A stretch of DNA of 63,026 nucleotides, filler included, from Bigelowiella natans CCMP2755 (GCA_000320545.1; 9 parts of 9 records of this genome joined end to end with filler, not necessarily neighbours in it); one strand, 5' to 3'. Counted from the first letter of the whole stretch, positions 43,658 through 57,888 are shown. The notes: a model not told the origin generated them from the letters alone. A program made the numbers and translations.

Positions 43658-45522
43658 TGGGATACTGGACGCGTACTAAAAATTGAACGCGACAACAATA
43701 TTACCAATATTACTGTTGGGCGTGAAAATGCCGATCTTACTTCGAGGCTGCTCTATGCCTGATGATGGCTGATTCTGGATACCTGCGTCTTCATTTCTCA
43801 CAAGACACAGTGTAAAAACGCAGTGGTTTCAAACAGCCATAGGGCGCATTTGGACGAGAAGGATTCAGGCAATATTGTTTTTTTGGTTTTCACCGAGACA
43901 CGAGGAAAGCAGGCCTTTTTCACTTCTGCGGCAATGGATTTTCCGGCCTGGGGGGAACGCGAGTTTGTCTCTCACTATTTGGAGCGCGAGAGCCATGGAG
44001 AGCGCTGGCCAAGAATTCCCAGATGTTTCTGGTTGCTGTCACGTGGTCTTCTGTAATTCTCTCCCTGCGACTTGTCCATGAGGTAGAAAAATGCTAAAAT
44101 ACCATGTGATTTCTAGATTGCGACACAGCAGAATGGCTGCCCGGCTACGACCCTCGACCATGGACGCCTCCTCTTCTGCAGTTCCTTCCGTCTCCCTACG
44201 GGTTCTGCTCTTCGTCGCCCTCCCACTCCTCGCTGAATCGGCTGGTATTAGATAAAATCTGCCTCCGTCTAGCCTCGCTAGAGATCCCCCCTCCTTGCGG
44301 GTTCCTCTTCGCTTCGAAAATGAACCGTTCGGCTTTTCTCTTTCCCCACGCGGCCGACACTTCACCGCACTGTTAACTGGGCATGTTCTTGAACAGGGTG
44401 CCGAAGAGCAATAGTTTCAGCTCAAACTAGTCGACCACGCCTAAGCCTCCGCACAATGGATCGATTGGCGATGAAGCTCAACGTAAGGCTGCAAGCATGC
44501 CTACCCCCCCCAACTTTCTCTTTTATCGTTGGATTATTATCGAGTTCTCTTTGTATCCTTGGTGAGATGCGTACGTCCAATTCAAAATCACGTCGCACGG
44601 TTTTATTCTAAATTAATCGCAGAGAGGCAATCGACTGGTTTTGCACGCGGATAGAAGGAGCCCTTATGAAACAGCCGATTCTTCGGCCACACCAACGGTA
44701 AAGAAGAGCTTTCCTGGCCTCCCAACCCTAAACCTACTCCGAACGTTTCTCCCTTTCCTTTTCAAAATCATAATGCTACCGTGATCCCTCCGTTGAAGTG
44801 TTCAAGTATCTCATATGTCTCGCTAATCACCAGCGGCGAAGTCCCTACGATTCCCAAGGAGGGGCTACGGAGGCGCCGAAGGTAGGGGGGGGGGGGGGGA
44901 GACAATAGGGCTTTCATCTTTGCTTACTCTCACTCCCTTAAGCAACTTACATTACATAATTCTTTCATCCTGACCGTTCTCCTTCCCTACTACTTGTACT
45001 ACTATAGAATGTAATGCCACCTCAAATTAACACCATAACGCTATATACATATGTGTGTGTGCGTGTGTGTGTGTGTGTGTGTGTCGCGCACAGAGGACAG
45101 CACCGCCGAAAACTTCTCCCTTTGATTCGTTCACGCCATCCGCTCGGGTAACAGGCAGCCAACACGCACAGACAACCAACCAACCAACCAACCAACCAAC
45201 CAACCACCACGCCTCTCACTCGGTCGTCGTCGGGGGATGATGACTACGTCGCATGATCGATATTTTTTTGTAAAAGTTTTGGAAATGCGAGGGGGAGGTA
45301 TCATCGTTCCTATCGATGTTCTCCCTCCTGCTCATTTGCATTATGATAGTAATAATAATGATGATGATAGCGAGACTGAGGATGCATGATCATCATCATC
45401 ATCATCATCATCATCATCGTTGTATATTTATCTGTGCAGGATGAGATCGTGCAAGCTAGTAGGTACGAGGGGGGCTCGTCTAAAGACCCTGAGGTGCTGT
45501 GTGTCGTTGTTGTCTCTCTCCC

Positions 45523-45557
<35 letters not shown>

Positions 45558-46254
45558 AGTGTGTGTGTGTGTGTGTCAATGTGTCAGTTTATCAGTGTGA
45601 AGTCCTCTTTTTCCTGCACTCCTCTCCCTGACTTCCGCCCCCCTCTTCTTTCCCTCAATTCAGGGTTTCTGGGAGAACACTGGAAGGTAGCATCACGGAT
45701 GGATATGGGCATTGTTTTGTACTCGAAAATCTAACGAGTCCCCCCCCCCCTCCAATAATGTCATCCAGGTACATCCGCTACTTCTTCTCCGTCAACTTCG
45801 GGATCATCATATCCATCGGTACGACCTGCACGAATGTGCGTCCCTGCGCTGCGCGATTTGTGCGCGACAAATCGATCGATAGCCTAGCGTTCCCAGTAGG
45901 TGCAGAGTGAAGCAGATTGTGCAAAAGACCGATGCTTTCTCGCTAACACCCCAGCCTTTTGTGTAGAATGTCGCATTTTTACCGGTAGAGCTAGGTGAGG
46001 GTTGGTCGCTGATGAGCCGCGTAGGCCTTTACGCTCGCGGGCGTGTGTGGTGCTGTACGCGCTCTTTTTTGCTCATCGACGCTCACTTTGATTACAGTGG
46101 GAGGGATCATCAGCGCTGTCTTCAAGAACCCATGGTCAGAACATACGGTTTTTAACATGTTAGAATTGTGAAGGTTTTCGTGGACTTTGATGGTGTGAAT
46201 TTTGGAACATCTGCTGTGAAATCAATTGATGAGACATGTCCAAATACAGATAGA

Positions 46255-46299
<45 letters not shown>

Positions 46300-46670
46300 G
46301 TGTACGATCATATGTGATGGTGGTGGTGCAGGGTGCTTCTCGTGCTCGGAGGATCTGGAGCGGGTATGTCATCGAGAGTGAGTCACCACTTCTTGCTGCT
46401 GATTCACGATGCTCTTCATTTGATATACGTGAGGATGATGATGATTATGATGATATTGTCCCTCGCTCAACCGTCTCTTGTCGTCTTACACACCCCTTTA
46501 TAAAACTCGTCGTTGAGATTGAGTGGAACTCATCGTTCACATCACATTCACGCGACAAAACTATTGTATTNNNNNNNNNNNNNNNNNNNNNNNNNNNNNN
46601 NNNNNNNNNNNNNNTTAATTAATTAANNNNNNNNNNNNNNNNNNNNNNNNNNNNNNNNNNNNNNNNNNNN

Positions 46671-47409
46671 TTGTTTCCTCACTTGTTGGTTCGTTGGCAT
46701 GTTTTTTTTTGCCAGTGAGAACAGTGCGACATGGGTCGCCGGAGGCCATAATGGCGCCCCCCGCTTGCAGCATGGCTTTTTTGTCAAGTTCCAATATGAG
46801 CACGTTCTGTTTATACTTCCGGTTGTATTTCCTTTGATTCCTGGCGTGACTTTTTGGAACTTGCCAACTCTGGCTATTCTTTCGCTCAGCTAGTCTTTGT
46901 ACTTCTGCTTCAGGATATTTATCTCGACCATGAGGTTCATCAGCGCGTGATGAGGTTGTGACACTAGCGTAAGTTCTCGAGGTCCGTTGCATCGAGGAGG
47001 GTTGAGCTTCCATTGTGCCATTCTTCTGATGTTCCTTGATATAAGTCAGTTCTTCTTCAAGTTTCAGTAATTTGTTTTTAAGCCCAGCGTTTTCCTCCTG
47101 CATGTCTTTTTGATCTTGCTGCAATTGTTGTTGTTTCTCATCAACTAACTGGACCATTGTGGTCAGCATTTCACACAATTTTTTCATTGTGTTCCACTGA
47201 GGAGTTTCTTTGCGTTCCATTGTTGCAGACAGTGTTGAAGTAACTTCGCGAAGGCATTGAGACAGATCATGACTTTTCCTATCAGAGCCACAGTCGTCAT
47301 CATTGCATTCTGAATCGAGATCCAACGTTGCGTGTTGGTTCTTTTTGTGCTTTCTTCCCTTTTTGGGTGTCTGGTGCTTGTTGTTGCCACGCGCGCTGCG
47401 CGTGATCAT
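46671..47409 (-). mobile_element. Probable non-LTR retrotransposon (LINE) ORF1 5' part, truncated by a gap
   Basis: Intronless ORF with a basic MITRS start, a long coiled coil (QEENAGLKNKLLKLEEEL), then RTYASV, WQVPKS and NVLI, a layout typical of LINE ORF1. It is adjacent to TpA-poor DNA. Confidence 0.55.
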
Positions 47410-50063
47410 CACGGTGGGCAATATTTCACTTGTGCGCGGCTATGAGTCCGTTTGTGTGATGTGTGGCATTGATGATGTGAAACATCCATCATGGGCACTC
47501 CGCGCATGCACCAGTGCAGCGCGCAGACACGACGATGCACGCAGCCACCACAGCTCTAAGCATCGGTCTCAGTGTGGTTTGCTGAAGCTGCGCGCTCTGT
47601 CAGTGTTTGATCCTCAACAATTGCTCATCTTCTCCCATTCTTTGCTTTTCACAGCTAGACAGGCACATCTAACAGACAGCTAGGCAGGCACATCTAGACA
47701 TCTAGATTTGCACACTGGCCCATAGGCCTGCTACGCTGTGGATGGTCTTGATGGTACGGTGTGCATCACGCAGCACAGCATGCGTGCATGCATCTGTGAA
47801 TTGCTAGATGGAGCTGCCCGCATGATGTCTGTAGATTCCGCTGGCCTGTGTGCTTGGTTTGCAGAAACATGGATCTATCTAGACATTACAGTGTGCGGAA
47901 TTTGCTCCCTGCTGTGCTGTCATCTGTTTCCACATGCTAGCATGTCCACACAACATGCATTCCATGCCATTTTTGCTACATGTACTGTACTACTAGGAAT
48001 ATTTCACTAATTGCATGTGTATTTCGATCATCAAAATCTGGTAGATGTTGAAATGAACAATGATTAAGGTTAGAGATGGCACTAATATAGCGGGCTATAG
48101 CAGAGTTGATGTCACGTGTTAACAATATCACTGTATATTATGAAGCGACCAGATCCTTAACACTATTCCGCGTCCAGTGGTTCGTCAGCATCCCGCATTC
48201 CCAGTGTATTTCAGCTGGATTGCAAGCACAAAACGTTAAGACGTAGTGGAATCAAGGAAGCATGACAACATATGCTGATTCCCAACAATAATTCGATAGT
48301 GCAAGAGTATATACAAAAGCTTCACTATGGGCGAGGGAATCATATGCTTACCGGATGAGAGGTATTACACAATGCGACGGCGCTTTCCCACTCCTCCCAT
48401 AACTAAGTTATAGATGGAAGTGTGTGCGTTTTATATTTACATAACCGTGTGTGTGCATGTAATTGGGCAGATATGCATGTGTGTTCACAAGTCGTCTTTT
48501 ACTACCGTTTTCTTGCTGTTGGGAGAAGAAGCACAATCAAATTGTTTGGACCTAGATATGAGAAACAACTTACTACTTATGCCGTGGAAATAGCAACGCC
48601 ATCCAAGCTAGATATCGTCCAGGCAGGTACCGCATAGGCCGTTACTACAAGTGAACATGTGAATTCGAGTATAACCACTTAAGCATTTCTTTTTCTTCTC
48701 GAGCCTTGAATCTGAAGGGAGATTACAGTTGTATAATTAGTTGTTGATGTTGGTGTTGTTATTGTATTAAGTAGTGCTCTTCTTTAATTAGTTTTGCAAG
48801 GGCAGAGGAATAAGCTTCGAATCCATGTAAGAGGTGGAGACATAGAGGAAAAAGTTTGCCATCTGCCCATCCCCTTCTCCCTTTCTTTGTTTTCTTTTTT
48901 CTTTCTCTTTCTCTCACTTTCGTGATCACAGTAGCGCTTGAGGGTGCGCAACATGATAAGAATTCATCAATTTATATACAATCCGTATTCTTATCCACTT
49001 TATCTTCTATTTTTGTTCCTCAGATTCATCCCCATAATCTTTAGTATTACCCACAGTCCCATCGTCTCCTCCTTTCATGCCAAACATTCTTGCCTAGGCA
49101 TGCACTACGGAAGGGAAAGGGAAGGATACGACACATCACACAACAACGACGAACAATGATCTCCATCAATGGCAATGCCTGGAGCTTCAGCACCTACTAT
49201 CTATCCAGGTGTGTAGACACCCGTATATATTCTACATAATATAATTTATAAATGTTTTCTTACATATAATGGAGGAGGGAGGGGGAAGGGGAGGTGCTCA
49301 TTTCGTCGGTCAGTGGGGAGTGGTTGTGTACTTGAGCGAGAGCGGCTGGAAAGGGATTTCCGATGTCACCATTGCACGTGTGAAATACCTTTTATTAGCA
49401 ACATTTGTGCATTATAATTGTGCTGCATATCTGGGCGTACCACCATCAATTCGTTCTCATTTGGTCTGCATCACATCCACAAGATAGGAAATCGCACTAG
49501 GATGGAGTTGGAGCAACAAATGTATTATGTGGATAATTAGACTGTCGAACCCCTCTCCTGGAAAAGCAGCAATGCACATTGAATAGGACGTCGTTGGATT
49601 TGAATGAGCTGCAAGGAACAGAGGGAGGACACGACAAAAAGGCGATGAGAAGTAGGAATGAAGGCAATTGATGAGTTTTTGATCACAGGATTTCCCTTTA
49701 TCACCCACTAGCTTGAAACGAACTCATATCTATGCACGTTGTTGCACACTTGTTCGTGCGTGCGTGCGAAGNNNNNNNNNNNNNNNNNNNNNNNNNNNNN
49801 NNNNNNNNNNNNNNNTTAATTAATTAANNNNNNNNNNNNNNNNNNNNNNNNNNNNNNNNNNNNNNNNNNNNATATATCTATATATATATATATAATATAT
49901 TCCCAAAACCAAGACCGGAGGAGGGGAGGGGTGCATGTTACTCTTGCCCAAGGAGAAATGATATACAATGTTAGCATCGATGCACAAAGATCCTATCATA
50001 ATCCTCCTCCCTCCCTCCATGACGAACCATCTCCCTGCCCTCCCCCTTAACTCTATCGTTGCA

Positions 50064-50238
50064 CCTTCGCATTGCTGTGAGCTCGAGTTCCAGTCTAGAG
50101 CAAGACAGCGGAATACGATATAAAAGAGGGGCGGGGGGGGGGGCGGAAGGAAATATTATGACTCCTACTCTCGGATGGAAGGTGGGATGGTGAGATAATA
50201 TGCGACCGGGCAAGGGCAGCCCCGCATACAATACCACA

Positions 50239-50273
<35 letters not shown>

Positions 50274-50929
50274 TACTGCTACGACGGCTACTATTACAAC
50301 TGCGCACGCCAACACAACCCGTCATTTTGTAGCTGCATCGAGATCCACTCCCCAATTGCCATCGAGAAAATTCCTGAATCACAGACAGCCGTCATCGCGA
50401 CAGCTTATATTCAACGGCGACTCTAAAAATGTAAGGGGTCGGAGCAGCGGGAGATATCCGACGTGTGTAATCGAACGCACATGTCCAGACGCATACATTT
50501 TCACACCAACGATGCTGCTGTTATATGCATGCTGGATTTCTTACCTGCAAACCCGGAAACCATTCCAGCAAAGAGCACCACGTTTTCAGTCGCCGAGCCC
50601 ACAGTCAGGACAAAGCAGAGAGTCGTGACAAAGCTACATATGCCGAAGAGAGAGAGGGGGGGGGGGGGGGCACATCAATCGCAATGAGACAATAAAATGC
50701 TTGAATCCCAGGAATGGGTCGTCAGTGTATTTTGCATCAATACATGGTTAGAATGCGCACAATGGAATATCGTGGCTGATAAACTCGCGTACCCGTCCAT
50801 AAATGCAAGCACGAAAGCTCGAAACCCTCCATCCCCGAGGTCTGGATTCTCCCTCTCCCACTGCGAGGAAACGGAGTTTAGAGAGTTGTGGAGATTCTTT
50901 CCTCCCCTTGGGTGTGATTGAGGCACCAT
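50064..50929 (-). CDS. VIT1/CCC1-family Fe/Mn transporter, partial (3' end beyond the gap, 5' end uncertain)
   Basis: Spliced FRAFVLAFMDG|FVTTLCFVLTVGSATENVVLFAGMVSGFAG|IFSMAIGEWISMQLQNDG|LELEL matches the family pattern R..V.G..DG...AG.....AG..SMA.GE..S. Confidence 0.88.
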
Positions 50930-52487
50930 CAGGTGATAGCTTCCAGCTGGTTGGTATTGAGGGGGGGGGCGTCAAAACGAAGCAAAACAGAGTTAACAAA
51001 AGGCATTCGTTTCATGCTTGTTGTCAAAAAAAGTTCGTGAGACCGGGGTTATTGGAGAAGGGAGAGAGGAGGGAAAAGGGGGCGGAGGAGAGGGGAGAGA
51101 TGAGGGCGAGTGGTAAAAATGAGTGTGCGATATGCTCTCTTATGGAACCGAAATTTGTTTTTCCTTCTCAATTTTTATTTCCTAGTGTGTGCTCACCTCC
51201 GTTTTGGTAATCTTTTCCATTTGCTACAGCACCATACCCTTTCTCAATTTGGGAGGGGACGGGGTCGTTTTTCTGCTCCGTCATTTTTCGATATTTTCCC
51301 GGTGGGCTATTATTTATTGGGAGGCGATTGTAGAGAGTATACTCTCAATCCGCACCTGTTTGTTCGAAAGGAGAGGGGAAGGTATGAATGCTCAGGGATA
51401 GAATTCCCCAGAAGATCAACCAAACAGCTCTAAAGTTCTCCCTACGAATGCATTCAGTCTGCGCGGAGTGTTTCCGTTCGAAAATGCATCGAAGAATAAG
51501 TATTCATGTGGGGAGGAGCCCGGAGGACCTACAAGCTATTTAAGATCTCTATACCCTACACAGGTTGTTAACGATAACCCTACTGGCATTGTCGTGCAAA
51601 TTTCCCACGCGAAAAGTCGGCATTTATAAATTAACCGTGTTCTACCGTGGTATGGGGAGGGGGGGGGTATCTCACCTCGATGGGCCGAAATATACAGGGA
51701 AAATAAATTTATAAGTTCAGACACAGGAAAATGCTCGAGTAAGCTAGGGAAACAGAAAATGCATTCGGAAGACATATTGCGACAACACCATTTTGCTTTA
51801 AAAACAGGGCCCAAACCCTGAAGAAAGCGAGCCTTTCTGGGAGTTCGAACACAGCGTTTGACAAGCAAAACTCTGTTTTCACCGACATACAAAATGCCGT
51901 TGAATAAATATCATTTACAATTAACAATGATGTCGTAAAATATAATTATCTTTTATATATTAGCGCTTCCTCGGCAAATTGCTCGTGCCTTTTCAGTGTG
52001 AAATTGGCCCTCCTTAAAATTTAGTGAGCAGACAATGTTTTGAGAATGTCGCATTTGCTATTCAAAGGCGTTCTCAAGACTTTTTGCCACAAGCAGTGGC
52101 CATACCAAAAGAAGCCGTCTACCTTTCGAAGTCTAGGCCTGCAATTCGAGACTTTCTTGTCGCAATTGAAGAAATAGAGTCGATTAACGTGCGCGGGAGT
52201 GGAAAAGCTGCGAAATCTTTCCGCGCAATCAAAGGCCCGTCGCAAGAAAAGGGCATGGATTTCGATCTTTATTTTTGGGGTAGCGGTCATTTCACCTGAA
52301 AGTCGCCGTTATCAGACGTGCCACGTGTTCTGGCAGCGGAATTAAGAAAATAATTGTAAAATAATGTGCGACAATGAAGTTTAATTGTCGCAATGCAAAA
52401 ATATCCATGGTTACGCGCGGATACGCATAAAAGCATCGTGCTCTGGCTCCCCACATTCACCTACTTACCACAACCCATCCAGACGAT

Positions 52488-53352
52488 ATGTCTTCAGTAC
52501 AGAGCAAGCAAGAGGTTACCTTTTAGAGATTATGGGGGAATGGGGATAAGGCGGTTTTGAAAAGGAAATAAAAGACTTGGAAGATGTTTACGAGCCAGGG
52601 CGCGTGTGTTGATGAGGATGAATTTCCTCCTTCCAAAGATGACCGTTTCAGCTAACACGTTTGTCTTTTGGCAGCCAATCATCATCGATGGCAAAGGGAC
52701 TGCCGCTACGATTCGGCAGGAAATTGCTAAAGCCGTGAAATTCCTGAAAGAGAAGCACAAGGTCATCAGTGTGCGTGTTGTGTGTCTTGAGTGTTCTTGC
52801 TTCGTGCTCGAGTCCTTTCACTCCGAACATGGTTCGTTTCTGAGACGACAAAGAATGTGAATAACAATTCCAAAGCTCTTTGAATCCCTGTGCGGATGAT
52901 TATTCCGGTGCACCGTGTGTTTTGATGTAATCAATAATAATCGCGTCTCTCATCGTGCAATTGCAGGCAACCCCAGGACTCGCAACCGTGCTCGTGGGCA
53001 ATAGGTACCTGAACGTCTGTGCGAGCGGGCTCATTACTTCGCAAGCCATGAAGCGTGGCTAATACTGTATTGTGGTGTCGATGGCGGCATGAAGTCCTCA
53101 CTTAATTTGCTTGCGGCAAACATGCGACAACCACACACACACACACACAAAAACACAAACACACGCATTCACACGTACAGAACTGACAGTGCCACATACG
53201 TACGCTTCAAGAAGAAAGCAGCTGCGGAGGTGAACATCTCTTCATTTTCTGCCTTCCATCCCAACATGAATTCCTATCAATTATCGTTGCCGTTTGCCAA
53301 TATATGCTTTCAAAAGTAATCGGCCATTTTCTTTCCTGCTGAGCGAAGCCGT

Positions 53353-53401
<49 letters not shown>

Positions 53402-53745
53402 TACCTCTGCTTTCTCTCTTACTTCCTCTCCTCCTCCATCTCTCTCTAACTTTTTGTATATCTTACTCCCTCTCCCTATCGAAGCAATGCTTTCAGCATC
53501 TGGCATTCAGTTCTCCTCCCCCGCATCGCTACTTCATACCTTCATCGTCGTCATATTGACTCCTCCTCTTCCTCCTCCTCCTCCTCCTCTCCCCTTCTTT
53601 CTACCAGGTCGGATTTCATAGCATTGATCGTCATTTAGATGAGAAGGTCACGGAGGAAGAGCTATTGAAGGTGAGGCCCACTCCTCTTCTTGTCGCTGTA
53701 CGCGGATAGAACATTTGAATAAGATACTACTTCGTTCCCCTCTCC

Positions 53746-53782
<37 letters not shown>

Positions 53783-53996
53783 GATGTACCCCCCCCCCTT
53801 CCTCCCTTTGTGCCTCCCTTCCTCACCCCTCTTTTAAAACTTCCGTTTATTCTAGGTAGTGAAGGAGCTGGCAGAAGACGACGAAGTGCATGGTATAACA
53901 CAAAACACGCCCCCGCCTAATTACAACATTTAGTGATACGAATAGGACAGGTTTGCGGAGGTCAGCTCGATCTATCTCACACTTTTTTTATAGACT

Positions 53997-54037
<41 letters not shown>

Positions 54038-54152
54038 TATGTATGTGTGTGTGTGTGTGTGTGTGTGTTTCTGTTCAGGGATTCTTGTGCAGCTGCCTCT
54101 GCCAAAGCACATCAATGAGCACACGGTCCTATCTTCCATACCCGTTAATAAG
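52488..54152 (+). CDS. folD: Bifunctional methylenetetrahydrofolate dehydrogenase/cyclohydrolase, N-terminal part (cut by a gap)
   Basis: IIDGKGTAATIRQEI..|TPGLATVLVGNR|TDSATYVRFKKKAAAE|VG..TEEELLK|VVKELAEDDEVHG|ILVQLPLPKHINE. Confidence 0.95.
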
Positions 54153-54205
54153 GTTAGCAGACATTCGATTATCTCTATTATATATAAATATATACATATA
54201 TAAAA

Positions 54206-54253
<48 letters not shown>

Positions 54254-54467
54254 ATATATATATATATATATATATATATANNNNNNNNNNNNNNNNNNNN
54301 NNNNNNNNNNNNNNNNNNNNNNNNTTAATTAATTAANNNNNNNNNNNNNNNNNNNNNNNNNNNNNNNNNNNNNNNNNNNNGGTAGCACATCTGTATTTCT
54401 TTTTTTTCGGCAACATATATGTTAATATATATATGAAAGAGTATTTCTTTAAATACTTTTTCGTATA

Positions 54468-54854
54468 TTATTTGAAATAATTAATTAGAACGGACTGTAT
54501 TAAAAAATCGTCCCTATGAAGGTCTATGCTACCGAACCCTTCCTGTCTATTGCTTGGATAGTGAACACCATCACCGAGTGTTGTTATTCTTCCTGATATT
54601 GGTATGTTGTATTGTAAGATATAAACGACTTGGATTTCAGTATTATCGTTTATTTTCCCTCTGTTTTTCAGTTTGTTTATTTTCCTAGCGATGATTTCAT
54701 TTGCTGTAGTAGCATCAGGGAGATACTTTTTACCTTCCTTTTTGAAGTCATACCTTCTTGTGTATAGGAATTTATTCCTTTTCTTTATGTTTTGTTTTCT
54801 TTCCTTGGATTTACCATCATATGCTTGAAACTTTAATCTAACTCTATTACTCAT
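54468..54854 (-). CDS. Virus-like hypothetical basic protein, 128 aa
   Basis: Clean ATG-to-stop ORF preceded by the TATTTAAAGA motif. Confidence 0.7.
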   Translation of the reverse strand: MSNRVRLKFQAYDGKSKERKQNIKKRNKFLYTRRYDFKKEGKKYLPDATTANEIIARKINKLKNRGKINDNTEIQVVYILQYNIPISGRITTLGDGVHYPSNRQEGFGSIDLHRDDFLIQSVLINYFK

Positions 54855-54893
54855 ATATTATATATATATAAGAGATAAATCTTTAAATATATA

Positions 54894-56416
54894 CTATACA
54901 TTTATATCTACCTCTTCTTCATCATCTTCTTTCTTTATTAATTTCTTAAAGTAGAACTTTCCTCTCACTTTACCGAAAAGAAATTTGTTTGCTAACATTT
55001 GCTTTTTGAAGTTGCTTTTAGATATATACACAGGAGACCAACTTTTAAAGTGTTTGTAAATATCGTTGTGTGAAATTCTATCTTTGACATTATCAGTTTT
55101 TTCGTAGTTCTCTTCAATAAAATTTAAGGTGTGATTGTTATCGTTCAAATAATCGTTTGTGAATTTCAAAACCTTTTCAGGAGGATTTAATTTCTCCATA
55201 TCTACATATTCTAACAATAGTTTGATGTATTCTCTACGATATTCTTTGTTGTTTCTGAACTTATCTTTGAGAGTGTAATCTCTTTTCTTTTCATATTTAT
55301 TCTTAGGGTCAGGTTTTTCTTTGAATTGAAAAGGGAATTGGATGTTAAGAAACCTTCGTTTTATACTATCATCTACTTTATCTAGTTTAGGAGCATTATT
55401 ACATAAACAGAAAATGGAAAAATCGGCAAGAAACTCAACAGGAGTGTCATACATTTCTCTACAACTTACTGTATCATTATCGGTAATTTTTTTGAGAAAA
55501 CTTACATTGAAAGATAGTTCTCTATCGCCTTCATTTTCTTCAGGTTCATTAACGACAACCAATCGCTTATCAATACATTTGTACAAATCACTGTTAGGGG
55601 CATTCGCTTTGTATTTCGTTGTTAGGAACTGAGAAGAAACTATGTTACAATATTTAGATGTTGCTACTTGATGAAGAGCAGTTAAAACACCTTTACCATT
55701 ACCTCCACTGCCTAAAAACATAATTAACAATCCAAACTTATTGTAAAAGAGACTGTTTGCTAACAATTTTAGCAGAAACAGAGCATCTTGTTGTGTTTCC
55801 TGTATGCCGAAAATGAAATCCAATATGTCCTTTCTCACCTCTTGTTTAATCGGTCTTCTGGGTTTAAGTTTGAATTTAATATAATTAGAAATAAAGTCTT
55901 TCTTTCTATATCTCTATAACTTTTTGTTTGAAGGTCATACACACAATCTTTGAATGCTAATAGGTTCTTATTTTTATCTATTTTGTTCAATATGTCCTCA
56001 TCATTGTAGTATTTCATTAGTTTAGCGATGATGTTCTTACTAAAGGCATTGCTTCCTACCTTTCTAAAATTCTTTAAATATTCTCCTCTATATCTCTTAT
56101 CCTTTCCAATCTTAGCAAACTCTGTTTTTAGGACATGCTGTAAGCATGTGGATATGTGGTTGTTTAGAAAGACTGGTGCCTCCTTTTTGTAGGACTTCAC
56201 AATATTGTTCTCATCGTAGAAGAACCAAATCTTATGTTCCTGATTGTATATGTAAGCATCTTTGTTCAAATCATAAAATAGTTTTGCCCAACATTCGTCG
56301 CTGTAAGTAGGCAACACATCGGTAAAAAATCTGTAATCAACAGTGATGACAGGTTTCCCATCAGGCACACTGATGCTGTTCGCATAGTCCAGAATAGCAG
56401 GATTAATATTATCCAT
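54894..56416 (-). pseudogene. D5-like superfamily 3 helicase split by a 1-nt frameshift near 55900
   Basis: D5_N-like NKNLLAFKDCVYDL, Walker A GSGGNGKG, Walker B VVVNEP, motif C LCNNAP and Arg finger SIKRR. The frame of the second ORF is open back to ..KDFISNYI.., so restoring one A in AGAAAG joins the two ORFs. Confidence 0.85.
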
Positions 56417-56479
56417 ATATATATTATATTATATATTTTTATCTTTAAATAATAACGATTATTTTTGCCCCTAATAATC

Positions 56480-56716
56480 CTATATCAAGTTACTAAAGGC
56501 AGTCAGCAACTCTTTGTCAAGCAGTTTTAGTTGCAAATATAGTTTTTTGTGCTTTCTAAACTTCTCAAGTTTCTCTTGAGTATCAATAATGCCTGAATAC
56601 TTATGCTTATAGTTTGCTAATACTCGCCTTTTGTTTAATTTGTCCTTATTGCGACGATAATAAAGTTTTTGGTGGCGGAACATGTCTGTTTTCTCTATAG
56701 TATTTTTATTGCTCAT
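56480..56716 (-). CDS. Virus-like small basic protein, 78 aa
   Basis: Clean ORF with a YYRRNKDKL motif, preceded by TATTTAAAGA. Confidence 0.65.
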   Translation of the reverse strand: MSNKNTIEKTDMFRHQKLYYRRNKDKLNKRRVLANYKHKYSGIIDTQEKLEKFRKHKKLYLQLKLLDKELLTAFSNLI

Positions 56717-57888
56717 TAATATGATATATATATTAATATATCTTTAAATAGCATTCATATATGTATTGTTTAATTGATGTGATTTGTGTTTTCAACCCTT
56801 TGAACAGTGTAGTGTTATGATAAATGTTGGTTGGGGTGGGAAGAAGAAACCAAAACTAAATTGTATTCCACACTGAGATGCGAAGTGTTAATAGGTCGTA
56901 GTAGCTACAGCTACATACAAACACATCTATATTTACAAGCAAATATTTTTCAGTTCTCAGCTTTCCAACTGAAACACTACTAAAAGTTATTTTTCTATTT
57001 TTTACAACTTGCTAATGTCCACAGTTGATAACTCAGTTGTATTTTTCCAGCAAATGTTCTGTTTTCTCATTTTTACTTCTAATTTCTCTTCTACCTTCTC
57101 ATTTTACCTTCTAAATACCTGAAGAAAATATTTTTATTTCTGTGTGTTTTGAATATTTCAGTTGTATTGTGCTATGGAAGCTAAAAACTGCTGATTTTGA
57201 GTCTTAGAAGGTCAGTAGGTAATGTATTTTCGTGACTTGTATTCACATTTGGCTTTGTATCTAATAGCATATATTTTATTTATTATTTTTTATTTGCTAT
57301 TTTTTTAGGTAGGACCATAGGTTTATGTTTCATAAAGAACTTTGATATTGTTAGTTTTCAATCTTAAGTTACATTTTTGAGAAACATAGCTTTGTGACTG
57401 ATTAGGAAGGAACTGGAGACAAGTAGAGAGATGGGAGTTGATGTGGGTATTCACACCTGCGAAATTTTAAATTATGATTCGTAGAAAATTCCTAGAAGTG
57501 AGGGCATTTCTTTTTAGAGATACACTGTAGAAAATGGAAAGTGCTACAACCAATTCCTTACCCTGCGACAAGGAATTGTGATGAAAAAAATAAATAAATG
57601 CCCTCGTAAACGATATGAGGAAAACGACAGGATAGCAAGACAAGGCGACAAGCAGGGGAAAACCAAATCGCCTTTGGTGAATACCAAGAGGTGCCATTAA
57701 TAGGATTTTGGTAATACCATTTTCAAAAACCCAAATGTAGTGTGATTTGGGTTTTCAAAAACCTAAAATAAAATGGATTTGGATTTCCAAAACCTAAAAT
57801 AGATTGGATTTGGATTTCCAAATCCTGTTTCCGCTTCGGTAAATTCACATAATCTAAAACTCTAAAATTAGAAATATTTAAGTATACG

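Larger units (their letters stand above)
54446..56750 (-). promoter_or_regulatory. Four copies of a putative viral promoter, TATTTAAAGA followed by an AT-rich spacer
   Basis: TCTTTAAATA on the plus strand at 54446, 54880, 56442 and 56741, which is 29, 25, 25 and 24 nt from the ATGs at 54416, 54854, 56416 and 56716. Confidence 0.8.

Noticed and set aside
45430-49620. Short exon-like segments at 45440-46135 and 48525-49560
   Set aside because: Splice sites are plausible, but no coherent or recognisable protein could be assembled.
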